A stretch of DNA of 64,000 nt from a virus (lineage: Duplodnaviria; Caudoviricetes): the IMG/VR virus record IMGVR_UViG_3300028844_006787; one strand, written 5' to 3'. Position 1 is the first letter of the stretch, and the number at the start of each line of letters is the position of its first letter. Positions 19,137 through 28,694 of the stretch are shown piece after piece. A program made the position numbers and the translations under genes. Under the pieces are notes generated by a model that was not told where the DNA came from, did not search any database, and saw nothing but the letters and a program-made list of their open reading frames with translations.

Positions 19137-19713
19137 CTATATAAAATTCTTTTTGAAGTTCTTCATGTGAAGGCAAATCCTCAGAATCAAATATTGCATC
19201 ATAGTTTTCTTCGGGTACAATTTCTTCTACTTTATTTGGAACAAATTGCTCTAACGACTTTCTCTGTGCTTCATTTTCTTTTGCTTTAATCTTCATTTGT
19301 GACTTTAAGTCGTCTTGATAATCAGAGATTGTGCTTGTGTATAATTTATTATCACGAATCTTTTCCCAAATATTATCAGGATCAACTTTATTAGGCCATT
19401 CGGGTGTAATTAAATAGGATATAACATTCGGAGCAGGAGAATATGTCCATTGATATTCATAAAGCATTTTCTTTTCTGCTTCATTTTCAGGCTTAAATAA
19501 CAAATTAAATCCCCAACCTTTTCGTGGAAAATATCCTGTATCGTTTTTCTGACGAACCCATAATATTAAGTGACCTTTCCATTTGCTGAGTTTAGGATTT
19601 ACCCATCGTTCATCACCACATTTAATACTAACACGATATAATTTATCTTCTACAAGTGTAGAAAATTCTACTTCTCCAAATTCACCTTTGTGCATTCCGA
19701 ATATTGCTTTCAT
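19129..19713 (-). CDS. hypothetical protein
   Basis: 194 aa ORF, overlaps neighbour. Confidence 0.7.
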   Translation of the reverse strand: MKAIFGMHKGEFGEVEFSTLVEDKLYRVSIKCGDERWVNPKLSKWKGHLILWVRQKNDTGYFPRKGWGFNLLFKPENEAEKKMLYEYQWTYSPAPNVISYLITPEWPNKVDPDNIWEKIRDNKLYTSTISDYQDDLKSQMKIKAKENEAQRKSLEQFVPNKVEEIVPEENYDAIFDSEDLPSHEELQKEFYIDD

Positions 19714-19714
19714 A

Positions 19715-20344
19715 TTAACTCCATATATTAATTATATGCTCAGAATTATTTATTGACTGATTTCCTTGTGTATTTGATTCAACAAGAATATCAATTTCAT
19801 TCAAACTTGAATTATATTGCAATCCACGCATTCTTCCTTGGTGCAACGATTCAAATTTCAAATCCGCAGTTTTATATCCACAAGAAGCAATATAAAAATC
19901 TGCATCAACATCAAGCATTTTATGATTCAATAGCATTGCACCTGTTGAATTTATAATATTATGTGTTTTATCAGAAAACTCTGTATGCAACTTATATTCT
20001 ATTTCTAATAGTTGCTTATCGTATCCTGATTTTTGCATTTTTACATAGTCAAGTTGAATATCAGATAACGCATATCCAAAAAAAGAAGCATTATTACGCA
20101 ATCCTATAAAATCTGTTGATTTCTGTGATCTAAATTTTGTTGGAATTATACTAAATTTATTAAATTCAAGTCCACGAACTTTATATGTTCTATTTTTTAC
20201 TCTAGGATTTTTAAATGAAAATCGTTTTCCACAAAAAAACTTTTCGTATTTTTGTAGTTTTTTACTCAAAGCAACCGTCATTAAACGATGCTCGGTTCGT
20301 GCTTCATTTACAATCTTCTGAAATAGTTTTGCTTTTGATTCCAC
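19715..20344 (-). CDS. hypothetical protein
   Basis: 209 aa ORF. Confidence 0.65.
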   Translation of the reverse strand: MESKAKLFQKIVNEARTEHRLMTVALSKKLQKYEKFFCGKRFSFKNPRVKNRTYKVRGLEFNKFSIIPTKFRSQKSTDFIGLRNNASFFGYALSDIQLDYVKMQKSGYDKQLLEIEYKLHTEFSDKTHNIINSTGAMLLNHKMLDVDADFYIASCGYKTADLKFESLHQGRMRGLQYNSSLNEIDILVESNTQGNQSINNSEHIINIWS

Positions 20345-20581
20345 TTTAATATTGATAATATTTTTGATTGTGATATATTTTACAGAATATTTACAAAAAT
20401 ATCAATATAAATGTTACTTTTAGTCGATATTTATATGTATATAATTAACGCAGTGTGTATAAAAAACATACAACAACCAATTAAATTTAAAACAACATCG
20501 TATAAAATATATCCAAAATTTTTAAAACAAGCAATGATGCATTGTGTATTTGGTAATTATAATTGGTTTTCTTAAAATATA

Positions 20582-21295
20582 ATGAAAAATTATTCTGATA
20601 TTCAAGATGGTAATATATCCTCTATAAAAGATGATGATGGTTGGGTGTTGGGTCCTTTTAAAAACAAAATGTGCAAAACATACACAGAAAGTGTACACTT
20701 TAGGTGGTGTGACTGGAAAGCAGGAGAAATTCGCAATCAAACTCACATCGGAAGAGACCACGATTGGTGTGAAGCAGTTTTTTTAATAAAAGGAGAAATG
20801 TTTGTTAAATATAATTCTGAAACCGTGGTTCTGCACGAATATGGAGATTATGCTATCCACGATTCAAATCGATGGCCAAAGTTTCGTATTACTCGTGATT
20901 GCGTTGCTATTGTTTTGAGATGGAAAAGCAAATACGAAGGTAAGCGATATGGAAATGTTTCTAATTACACAAAATTCTACAACAATTGGGTTGTAGGACC
21001 ATTTGTAGATAAAGAAGAACATCCTCATTTTTACTCAGATGATTTGGAATTTAAGTGGTCAATTCGTCACGAAGTGCCTTATATAAGAGGTGCTAAAGAA
21101 GACAAAGATATTCAGAATAAATCTTGGAAAAGTATGTGTGTTCTTACAGATGGTGATTTTTCAATCAACTTCGGCAATGATGTTTGTAAAATGAATAAAC
21201 AAGGAGACTTTGTTTATTGGCATCCAAATGTTCCACATATAAATCACACAAACACAAAATCTACATTGTTTACGATTCGTTGGAACGATTCTTGA
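20582..21295 (+). CDS. tandem double-cupin-like protein
   Basis: two internal repeats: GWVLGPF...LIKGE...GDYAIH...LRW and NWVVGPF...LTDGD...GDFVYW.PNVPH...IRW. Confidence 0.7.
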   Translation: MKNYSDIQDGNISSIKDDDGWVLGPFKNKMCKTYTESVHFRWCDWKAGEIRNQTHIGRDHDWCEAVFLIKGEMFVKYNSETVVLHEYGDYAIHDSNRWPKFRITRDCVAIVLRWKSKYEGKRYGNVSNYTKFYNNWVVGPFVDKEEHPHFYSDDLEFKWSIRHEVPYIRGAKEDKDIQNKSWKSMCVLTDGDFSINFGNDVCKMNKQGDFVYWHPNVPHINHTNTKSTLFTIRWNDS

Positions 21296-21324
21296 TTTAA
21301 TTGCATAATATTTATTACAAAGCA

Positions 21325-22242
21325 ATGAATATACTTTGTGATAAAATACAAAATGGTCCTTTGATGATTATTCACGGAGGAGCAAGTCCGATTGATCCAA
21401 AAGGAGATGCTTTAATTGAAGCACTTGATGCTATCCAGAATATGGCAGATGTTTGTATGAAAGATTTAAGCAATGGAGCAACTGCTATTAAAACTGTTGT
21501 AAAATGTTTACAGATGCTTGAAAACGATGAACGTTTCAATGCAGGTATCGGAAGTGCTTTGCAAAGTGATGGTCTTCCTCGTTTAACTTCAAGTATTATG
21601 GATGGATACAAACAAAATATAAGTGGAGTAATATCAGTTCCGTATTTAAGCAATCCAAGTAAACTTGCTGAGAAACTTCAAAACCGCAGAGCAAAAATAT
21701 TAACATCTCCTGGTGCTGAACTTCTTGCACGTGAAATGAAACTTCCTATATCAAGCAATCTTACTGAAAAACGAAGTGAAAAATGGTTACATAAAATGAA
21801 GCAAAAAGATTTTCCTAGTTCTGTTGGATTTGAATGTGATACTGTTGGTTGTGTGATTATAGATGCAAAAGGAAAACTTGCAAGTGGTTCATCAACAGGT
21901 GGAGTTGGAAATGAATATCCTGGTAGAGTAAGTGATAGTGGAACTGTATCAGGAAATTTTGCAAGTCGTTATGCAGCCATTACAGTTACAGGAAAGGGTG
22001 AACAAATCAATAACGATGCAGTTGCTAGTAAAACTGAAACTCGTGTTCGTGATGGAATGAGTTTATCAGATGCTTTTGCTAAAACTTTCAAAGAAGCAAA
22101 ATCACGCAAACATTCGTATGGTTTTATCGGTGTAGATGCAAAGCATCACTATGGAATTGCTCATACAACAAATGCGATGCCGTATGTAATATACGGAGCA
22201 AACGGACTAATTGCTAAATTTGAAAATCAATCAATTGGATGA
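21325..22242 (+). CDS. isoaspartyl peptidase / plant-type L-asparaginase (Ntn hydrolase)
   Basis: IIHGGA, FNAGIGS, autocleavage DTVGCV, STGG, GRVSDS, TGKGE. Confidence 0.9.
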   Translation: MNILCDKIQNGPLMIIHGGASPIDPKGDALIEALDAIQNMADVCMKDLSNGATAIKTVVKCLQMLENDERFNAGIGSALQSDGLPRLTSSIMDGYKQNISGVISVPYLSNPSKLAEKLQNRRAKILTSPGAELLAREMKLPISSNLTEKRSEKWLHKMKQKDFPSSVGFECDTVGCVIIDAKGKLASGSSTGGVGNEYPGRVSDSGTVSGNFASRYAAITVTGKGEQINNDAVASKTETRVRDGMSLSDAFAKTFKEAKSRKHSYGFIGVDAKHHYGIAHTTNAMPYVIYGANGLIAKFENQSIG

Positions 22243-22448
22243 TTCTTCAAAGTTTCAAGCAAAGATAAAGCATCATCTAATTTTTTGTATTCATCAAGAA
22301 TCGTTTCCGCAAGAATTTGGTGTTCTCCGATTCCAACCAGGTTGTCACCTGAATAAACCGCAAGGTTTGCTTTTGCCATATCAACTTCTGCTTCTGCTTT
22401 TTTGACCAACGCAGAATGAATATTTTTTGTTAGATTTTGTTTTGCCAT
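22227..22448 (-). CDS. small conserved phage protein (VGIGEH motif)
   Basis: ANLAVY...VGIGEH helical pattern recalled from T4-like marine phages. Confidence 0.7.
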   Translation of the reverse strand: MAKQNLTKNIHSALVKKAEAEVDMAKANLAVYSGDNLVGIGEHQILAETILDEYKKLDDALSLLETLKNHPID

Positions 22449-22487
22449 AATAATTTTATTTAATCAGATTATATAACGATTGTCAAC

Positions 22488-22796
22488 TCAATCGTGATTA
22501 TAATAATTTCCATTTTGAAATTCGTACATAATGCTTTCAAGATCATTTGCAGTTTTATTAGATAAATCTTCTGCAAGTTCTTGCATCAAACTATAAACTG
22601 ATAATCGTTGTCTTAAAGTTTCATTTAGTTCATCAAGTTTATCCGGATGCTTTTCGTAATATTCTGAATCATGTGATTCGTATTCTGAAACGATTTCGTT
22701 AAACTCTGTGTTCAATGACGCAACTTTTTTGGTAATTGCATTCAAAGTGTTTTCTGTTTGTTTTGCGTTGTTTTGTATTTTATTTATATCAAACAT
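22488..22796 (-). CDS. coiled-coil hypothetical protein
   Basis: 102 aa, overlaps upstream gene. Confidence 0.65.
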   Translation of the reverse strand: MFDINKIQNNAKQTENTLNAITKKVASLNTEFNEIVSEYESHDSEYYEKHPDKLDELNETLRQRLSVYSLMQELAEDLSNKTANDLESIMYEFQNGNYYNHD

Positions 22797-23145
22797 ATAA
22801 TATCATCCATTTATTGTTAATACTTGTGTAAGCATAATGACTTGCTTTTTTGGGTGCATGGGGATGAAACATTGCATTCCGACTTGGATGCTCTGTTTTA
22901 CGATTTTGCCAAATCATAGGATTATCATCATTGTAATACAACCACGGACGAATACTACGATTCCACGGACCACGCAAAGTCAACAATGGATCATTCAATC
23001 CAAATGCAGGTTCATAATACAAATAACAATGATTCTTATTTTGTTGAACAACCCATCCAAAAACTTTCACAGGATAATCCACTACGAGTTGCTTCAACTC
23101 TGTTAAAGAATAAAAATTGTTTGCAACCATTATTGATGAACTCAT
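22789..23145 (-). CDS. DPWxR-family small protein (diverged member)
   Basis: YPVKVFGW...GPWNRSIRPW...YTSINNK; likely start MSSSIM (ATGA overlap). Confidence 0.7.
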   Translation of the reverse strand: MSSSIMVANNFYSLTELKQLVVDYPVKVFGWVVQQNKNHCYLYYEPAFGLNDPLLTLRGPWNRSIRPWLYYNDDNPMIWQNRKTEHPSRNAMFHPHAPKKASHYAYTSINNKWMILYV

Positions 23146-23486
23146 GGTTTTTTTCTCCATAATTTAATTCTTTTACCAGCAACTGTTGTCCAACGAAATT
23201 GATATTCAAGATTCTCTGCTAAATCATAAACAGGTTCTGTATCAGACCACGCAAATGTAGTAGTATCTGTATCATTTTTTCTCCAAGGACGCATAACACG
23301 ATCCCAGGGATCTTTTGCTTCATGCAAATTATTTTCATCTAGAACAATATATCGTTCGTATGCAATATCTTCGTGTCTGCCGATATGCCAAGCATCGTTG
23401 GTTGTAGGATATTGTTTTATCAAACGAGGTTCTGCCCATTGCTTACCCGAATAAAAGTTTATGTTTATGCTATTATTCGGTTTCAT
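23142..23486 (-). CDS. DPWxR-family small protein
   Basis: YPTTNDAW...DPWDRVMRPW...RWTTVAGKRIKLW. Confidence 0.8.
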   Translation of the reverse strand: MKPNNSININFYSGKQWAEPRLIKQYPTTNDAWHIGRHEDIAYERYIVLDENNLHEAKDPWDRVMRPWRKNDTDTTTFAWSDTEPVYDLAENLEYQFRWTTVAGKRIKLWRKKP

Positions 23487-23793
23487 GTTTTCTGTATAAT
23501 CTAATTAGTTTGCCATGAACAGATGTAATTCGTTTATCATAATCTTCATAGAAATCATCTTGTACCCATTCAAAAAACATATCTTCAAATTTCCACGGAA
23601 CGAGTGGTCGTTTCCAAGGATCTAATAATGGTTGTGAAGTAGTTGCAATTATATAACGACCCTCTGCAAGATCCAACTCAGTTCTTCCGTGTACACCCCA
23701 TATCCAAGCATAATGATTTAAAGGAGGATATTTGCTTAATAGTTCTATTTCACTCCAAAAACTTGGAGTGCTTGATAGTGTAACATAATCCAT
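23473..23793 (-). CDS. DPWxR-family small protein
   Basis: YPPLNHYAW...DPWKRPLVPW...RITSVHGKLIRLY. Confidence 0.8.
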   Translation of the reverse strand: MDYVTLSSTPSFWSEIELLSKYPPLNHYAWIWGVHGRTELDLAEGRYIIATTSQPLLDPWKRPLVPWKFEDMFFEWVQDDFYEDYDKRITSVHGKLIRLYRKHETE

Positions 23794-23801
23794 TGTTCTA
23801 T

Positions 23802-23830
23802 ATAGTAGAATCAGTGGGTATTTATGTCAA
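23802..23830 (-). promoter_or_regulatory. consensus sigma70 promoter TTGACA-17-TACTAT
   Basis: TTGACA taaatacccactgattc TACTAT, 8 nt before ATG 23793. Confidence 0.75.
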
Positions 23831-23844
23831 CGAAAATATTCAAA

Positions 23845-24657
23845 TTAAAACTTATTGGTTTTCCAATATTCATATTGTTCGGATGATATAAATTCTTCAA
23901 GTTCTTTTTCTGTACAAAAATTCCAATCTTTCATTCCGTCTTTTAATATATCTGACTTCTGTTGCTGAGAAAACAATCCGATTTTTCTCATGAACTTTAT
24001 ACGCAGTTTTTTATCTTCATGTAAATTTGGATGAGCACAAAATCCTGCTAATTTATCAACTGGACACGATATGGAATTTGGAGAACTCCAATATTGCATA
24101 GGTTCGTTTTTAAATATTTTTGCACCTCTAAGGTGTGGTGAAATGTTTATTGTATTTGGACTAAATGATATAATTCCGTTAAAATGCTCACGATTATGAG
24201 TAGCATCTACCATTATTTTTGCACCACGTTGCGTCACAACATAACTTTCAAATCCATCAAAGTTATTCCAATAATCGTTTGCATGATATCTTTTATTTAA
24301 TTGATAAAAGTCTGAGGAATCATTGAATGTAGGTTCATTTTCTAAAAAATATTTTACATCGTTAAATTTTGCATCGTCTTCTAAAATCATTGCACAATTT
24401 ATATTATTTAATAGAATATCTTGCCATATTGAAAAATGACTTAGATATGCTCCAATTGCACCAGGACACTGTGAAAAATATAATTTAAACGCAAGACCTA
24501 CAGGATCAAACGATAAATTTTTATCTTTATATACAAACGGATTTGTTCTTGAATCTATTGCCGAGAATCTATTAAATCTTTTATCTAAAAATTTAAATTT
24601 TCTCCAACGATGATACTTGTCAGAAAGATTTATTACATATATTTTTTCAATTCTCAC
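23845..24657 (-). CDS. glycosyltransferase family 25-like protein
   Basis: IYVINL...R, RFSAID, GAYLSH, MILEDDA, SYVVT..GA, PVD. Confidence 0.85.
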   Translation of the reverse strand: MRIEKIYVINLSDKYHRWRKFKFLDKRFNRFSAIDSRTNPFVYKDKNLSFDPVGLAFKLYFSQCPGAIGAYLSHFSIWQDILLNNINCAMILEDDAKFNDVKYFLENEPTFNDSSDFYQLNKRYHANDYWNNFDGFESYVVTQRGAKIMVDATHNREHFNGIISFSPNTINISPHLRGAKIFKNEPMQYWSSPNSISCPVDKLAGFCAHPNLHEDKKLRIKFMRKIGLFSQQQKSDILKDGMKDWNFCTEKELEEFISSEQYEYWKTNKF

Positions 24658-24709
24658 TTGTAATAAATATTAAACGTATTATATATTTCACTCGGACAAT
24701 GTTAAAGTC

Positions 24710-25468
24710 TTATTTAAGTTTAACTTCAGAGAATAAACTTTTGAATGTTTCCAAGTGAGTCCAAAATTTATGAGGCACTTCTTGCTTATAGTTGGTTTCG
24801 TTTACATAATCGTATACTATATTTGCCATTAGATCACGATGCTCTTTTACGTCTTCAGTCCAGTTGCTTGGTGTGTTAGGTATAAATTTCGGTTGTAATA
24901 AAGTTATTGAACACGGATGAACTAAATGTAAACTTGTTTCAATATGTTTCATTTCTTTAAATTTTATGTAAGGAAATGTGTGTACCCTAGCATGATCTCT
25001 GACCCATCCATCACATGGCATATTAGATTTTTCATATTTACATAAGAAGTTGTTTGTCATCATCGGAAATGTTTTAACTGGATTTTTTTCATAATGATAT
25101 TCATTTGAATCAGTAATACTAAAGTGATAATAACCGAGAACTATTAAATTACAATTTTCATTAAAATTAGATACACACTCTTCATATTCTTTTTCTGTAA
25201 TCATAAAAATATCATCATCATCCATCGGAGCATAAATGTTGTTTTTATATTTAGTCGGTTGGGGAGAGTGTACTTTTTTAATACAAGTTTGAGACTCCAA
25301 TATGTCACTTGATATTCTTCTTAATTTTTTTCGTAAAGTGAAAAAATCAATATTAAAAGTTTTATTCCAAAAATCTACCGCAGTTTTGAATACAGTGACA
25401 TCTCCACCTCCACAATGAGTTAGTTTTCCGTTCAAATAGTTTTGATTGATTCTAAATACGACTTCCAT
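24710..25468 (-). CDS. hypothetical protein, possible GT-A-like
   Basis: APMDDDD acidic motif; in glycan cassette. Confidence 0.55.
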   Translation of the reverse strand: MEVVFRINQNYLNGKLTHCGGGDVTVFKTAVDFWNKTFNIDFFTLRKKLRRISSDILESQTCIKKVHSPQPTKYKNNIYAPMDDDDIFMITEKEYEECVSNFNENCNLIVLGYYHFSITDSNEYHYEKNPVKTFPMMTNNFLCKYEKSNMPCDGWVRDHARVHTFPYIKFKEMKHIETSLHLVHPCSITLLQPKFIPNTPSNWTEDVKEHRDLMANIVYDYVNETNYKQEVPHKFWTHLETFKSLFSEVKLK

Positions 25469-25519
25469 TATTTAATAAATATAAATGAACATAGTTTTAC
25501 TATCCGTACTCATATGTTT

Positions 25520-27019
25520 TTAGTTTTCATTTAGTATCCAATTTATTGATTTTTTTAGTGAATATTCATCATTAAAGTTGTGAACTTTATATCGAAATAT
25601 GCTACCGATTTCTTTTGGCCAATTTGTTGAAATAGGTTTGCCAATTTCTGTTGACCAAGCAAAATCAATAATTTTTATTTTTCCATCAAGTATCAACAAC
25701 TCAGATGGTTTTATATCGTTGTGACTACAATTATATTGTTTTAAAACATCAATTATGTTTTTAATTTGTTCTTCGTAGTCTTTTGGCATATTTTGCTTTG
25801 TAAGATATTCTCCAGCATAACTCATTGTAACTGATTTCAACCGCTTATCACTTGAAATATATCCCGGAGTAATTCCAGAATCACTTAATTTTTTTAACCA
25901 ATGTTCTTCTCGGTCATACATATCTGGAAACACTTTGGCAAAGCAATATGTATTCGGTTTACAAGTAAATTTTTTGATAACCACATCGTTTTCTATGTCT
26001 ATCTTTACATCAGAAGTTGCATTTATTGATCGTGAGTATTTCATTGTAGCAACCCAATCAATATGAAAACCGACTGAGTCATCGTTTGGTTTAACATAGT
26101 TAAATTTTTTCGAACTCATGTAATCATCCAGTAATTTTCTTAGTTCTTTTTTTCGTGTTGGTAAACCTAACTTTTTAAAAATATTCTTGTATGTTTCAGA
26201 AATTTTAGGTTTATGAATCAAGGCATGATAAATTAAAGTGTATTTGTGTGTATTTGCTCCTGGTATATAAAAATTTTTGCAAGGCACCCGTTTGTTTAAT
26301 AATTCGTTTTCCAAGTTTATTTCATAGTAATCATCTCCAATATGTCTCAAATCAAACCAAACTGCCTTTCCATCTATCAACACACTGTTCAAAATTCTCC
26401 AACCTCCGTCTTCAAGTGATTGTTTTCCCGTAAAAACTGATGTGGCATCTAACGCACACTTTGCCTTATAATAATCCGAAACCATCAAATCTACATCAAG
26501 ATGTTCGTCTATCGTTATATCATCAGGAATACCTTCAAAGTTTCTCATAATAACATACTTGAAATCTTCTAATTTATTCAAGACATCAAAAACTTCTGAT
26601 ATATCTTTGAACTCTCTGCGAATGTAATGTTTTTCATACAAACCAAGCACTTTTAGATTATCTTTCGTTTCTTGTATATTATCCGTTGCGTGAATTTGTG
26701 AGCTCACTTTTTTTCTAAGAAATTTTTTCAAATCAAATAGTTTTGTGTTTACTAACCGGTCTCCCTTTGTAGTTTTTCTATAACCGTAACAACACGGACT
26801 ATTTACAAGGTACAACGTAAAATCAGTTGCACCTCTTTCATCATTAACTTTAAAACCAACATTATAAAATTCAGTTATAGTTTTACACTTATTTTCTAAC
26901 TTTGGTATCTTGATAATATCAGTTAAATTTAATCCGTGTTCATTAATATGAGTTTTCATATTATCCTCGGAAATTGCGTTAGACCAGTCTATTATTAAAT
27001 GTTGCTCTACTAATTCCAT
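25520..27019 (-). CDS. multidomain protein: nucleotidyltransferase-like middle region + C-terminal kinase-like domain
   Basis: YVIMRNFE..P....DEHLDVDLMV; C-terminal VVIKK, HNDIKPSELL, IIDFAWS. Confidence 0.7.
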   Translation of the reverse strand: MELVEQHLIIDWSNAISEDNMKTHINEHGLNLTDIIKIPKLENKCKTITEFYNVGFKVNDERGATDFTLYLVNSPCCYGYRKTTKGDRLVNTKLFDLKKFLRKKVSSQIHATDNIQETKDNLKVLGLYEKHYIRREFKDISEVFDVLNKLEDFKYVIMRNFEGIPDDITIDEHLDVDLMVSDYYKAKCALDATSVFTGKQSLEDGGWRILNSVLIDGKAVWFDLRHIGDDYYEINLENELLNKRVPCKNFYIPGANTHKYTLIYHALIHKPKISETYKNIFKKLGLPTRKKELRKLLDDYMSSKKFNYVKPNDDSVGFHIDWVATMKYSRSINATSDVKIDIENDVVIKKFTCKPNTYCFAKVFPDMYDREEHWLKKLSDSGITPGYISSDKRLKSVTMSYAGEYLTKQNMPKDYEEQIKNIIDVLKQYNCSHNDIKPSELLILDGKIKIIDFAWSTEIGKPISTNWPKEIGSIFRYKVHNFNDEYSLKKSINWILNEN

Positions 27020-27050
27020 TACTTTTTATCCCATTTATTGTTTTTAGTTT

Positions 27051-27722
27051 TCATTCTCCAAATTCATAACCGAAATACTCAATGTCTTTTGCATACTTTT
27101 CCGCAACGATTTGTCTTGTTTCATCATCGTAATATTCGGTATAGTGTTTGTGTTTTGTTTTATTTTTATGCGGAAGTTTTTGTTTTGGAATTCCGATTTT
27201 GTCACAGACGATGTCGAAGTCTGCTTGAAGGGTTTCAAATCTTCCGATGAAATCAACTTCTCTGGCCCAATGGAATTGTTCGGTGTCCCAGTGATAATCG
27301 TTCAACCAACCACATTTTTTTTTGTTTATTATCCACTCTTTAAATGTAGAACATCCAGTCAACTCCTTAGTATATGCATTGTATACATCTATAAATAGTT
27401 CCTTTTCCCCCGGGTCCGTGTCCCAAAACTCAATAGATTTTTGGAAAAATAAATAATTACTCAACGAAAGTTCAAATGGATTCCTTGCAAAACAAAAACT
27501 GAAATGGTTATTAACCTTTAAAACTTCTTCAACATCCGAAAGTCGTGCGTGTTCAAAAACTTTAGTTCTAAATTTAGCCGTAGGTTTTTGGTGAATTATC
27601 AAGTTTTCCTTGTCTCCGTGATACCAAGTATCGGCATAATTTTTCAAGCAGTATCGTATGGATGTACTTGCGGTTTTTGGTACAGAAACGAACACAAACT
27701 TATGCTTATGTGAAATAATCAT
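27051..27722 (-). CDS. sulfotransferase family 2-like protein
   Basis: MIISHKHKFVFVSVPKTASTS, RNPF, DFIGRFETLQADF, HYTEYY, DIEYFGY. Confidence 0.9.
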   Translation of the reverse strand: MIISHKHKFVFVSVPKTASTSIRYCLKNYADTWYHGDKENLIIHQKPTAKFRTKVFEHARLSDVEEVLKVNNHFSFCFARNPFELSLSNYLFFQKSIEFWDTDPGEKELFIDVYNAYTKELTGCSTFKEWIINKKKCGWLNDYHWDTEQFHWAREVDFIGRFETLQADFDIVCDKIGIPKQKLPHKNKTKHKHYTEYYDDETRQIVAEKYAKDIEYFGYEFGE

Positions 27723-27723
27723 T

Positions 27724-28659
27724 TTAATATGTTTTTAATCCAAATGACGTTAAAAAAGATAAAAGTTTAACCACCTTCAATTTAATTGAAAATTCTTCTT
27801 TGGTTACTGACTCTGAAAAAATAAATTTAATGTTTTCTTTTACATAATCACAACATTTTTTGTGGTCTGACCAAGGTCCTGGATTTCGCAAATAATCTAA
27901 ATTTAACATTACATCTGAAATCGATTGCCATGCAACTCTTTTTACAAACCATTCTTGATTTAATCTGTCTGGTTGAATTATGTGTTCTACAACAGAAGCA
28001 GGTGAATATACAATTTTATGGTCAGATTGCATTGCATACACAAGTTCCATTTCTTCTGATCCAAGAAGACCTCCATCTGAACCCTTTCTTCCAAGTTTGA
28101 CAGAAAATCCATTAAACTTTCTAAGTGTTTCTGCATCAAATGCTATATTTGCTCCTGCAAACCACATTCCTTGTCTTTGTTTGTATACAAGTTCCGAATC
28201 ACCAAAGTCTAATACAGACAAATAACCAAGAGCATCTTCGGATAACCATTCAGGACGAGGCGACTCACTCCAGTTTGCAGTTACTTTACCTCCCATGATT
28301 GAAAGATTTTCATGCTTGTCAAAGCATTTAATTGTTTCTTCAACAAACTTTTTACAAACCAAAGCATCATCATCAATGTAATGAATTATTTTCGTGGTAC
28401 ATATGCCCAAGCATTCATTTCTTGCTCCAGATAAACCATCGGTCAATTTATTCATATACTTGAAATTAGGTAATGTTTTTGAGAATGACTTGCATTTCTC
28501 ATATAAATCACCACACGGAGATGGTGTATTATCTAAAATTATTACATTATATAAATCACAAGATACTTCCTGCTCTGCAATTGATTTTAAACATCGCAAC
28601 AAATATTTATAATTATTGTATGTACACACACATAATGTTATTTTTTTCTCACCAACCAT
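27724..28659 (-). CDS. glycosyltransferase family 2 protein
   Basis: VCTYN, ILDN, GLSGARN, YIDDDA, GANIAF, GSEEMEL. Confidence 0.9.
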   Translation of the reverse strand: MVGEKKITLCVCTYNNYKYLLRCLKSIAEQEVSCDLYNVIILDNTPSPCGDLYEKCKSFSKTLPNFKYMNKLTDGLSGARNECLGICTTKIIHYIDDDALVCKKFVEETIKCFDKHENLSIMGGKVTANWSESPRPEWLSEDALGYLSVLDFGDSELVYKQRQGMWFAGANIAFDAETLRKFNGFSVKLGRKGSDGGLLGSEEMELVYAMQSDHKIVYSPASVVEHIIQPDRLNQEWFVKRVAWQSISDVMLNLDYLRNPGPWSDHKKCCDYVKENIKFIFSESVTKEEFSIKLKVVKLLSFLTSFGLKTY

Positions 28660-28660
28660 C

Positions 28661-28694
28661 AAAAAACCTCTTTTTATAATAAATATGAGGTTTT
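28661..28694 (-). terminator. hairpin closing the DPWxR array; overlaps RBS of GT2 gene
   Basis: AAAACCTC-atatttattataaaaa-GAGGTTTT(TT) on the minus strand, directly before the GT2 start. Confidence 0.55.
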
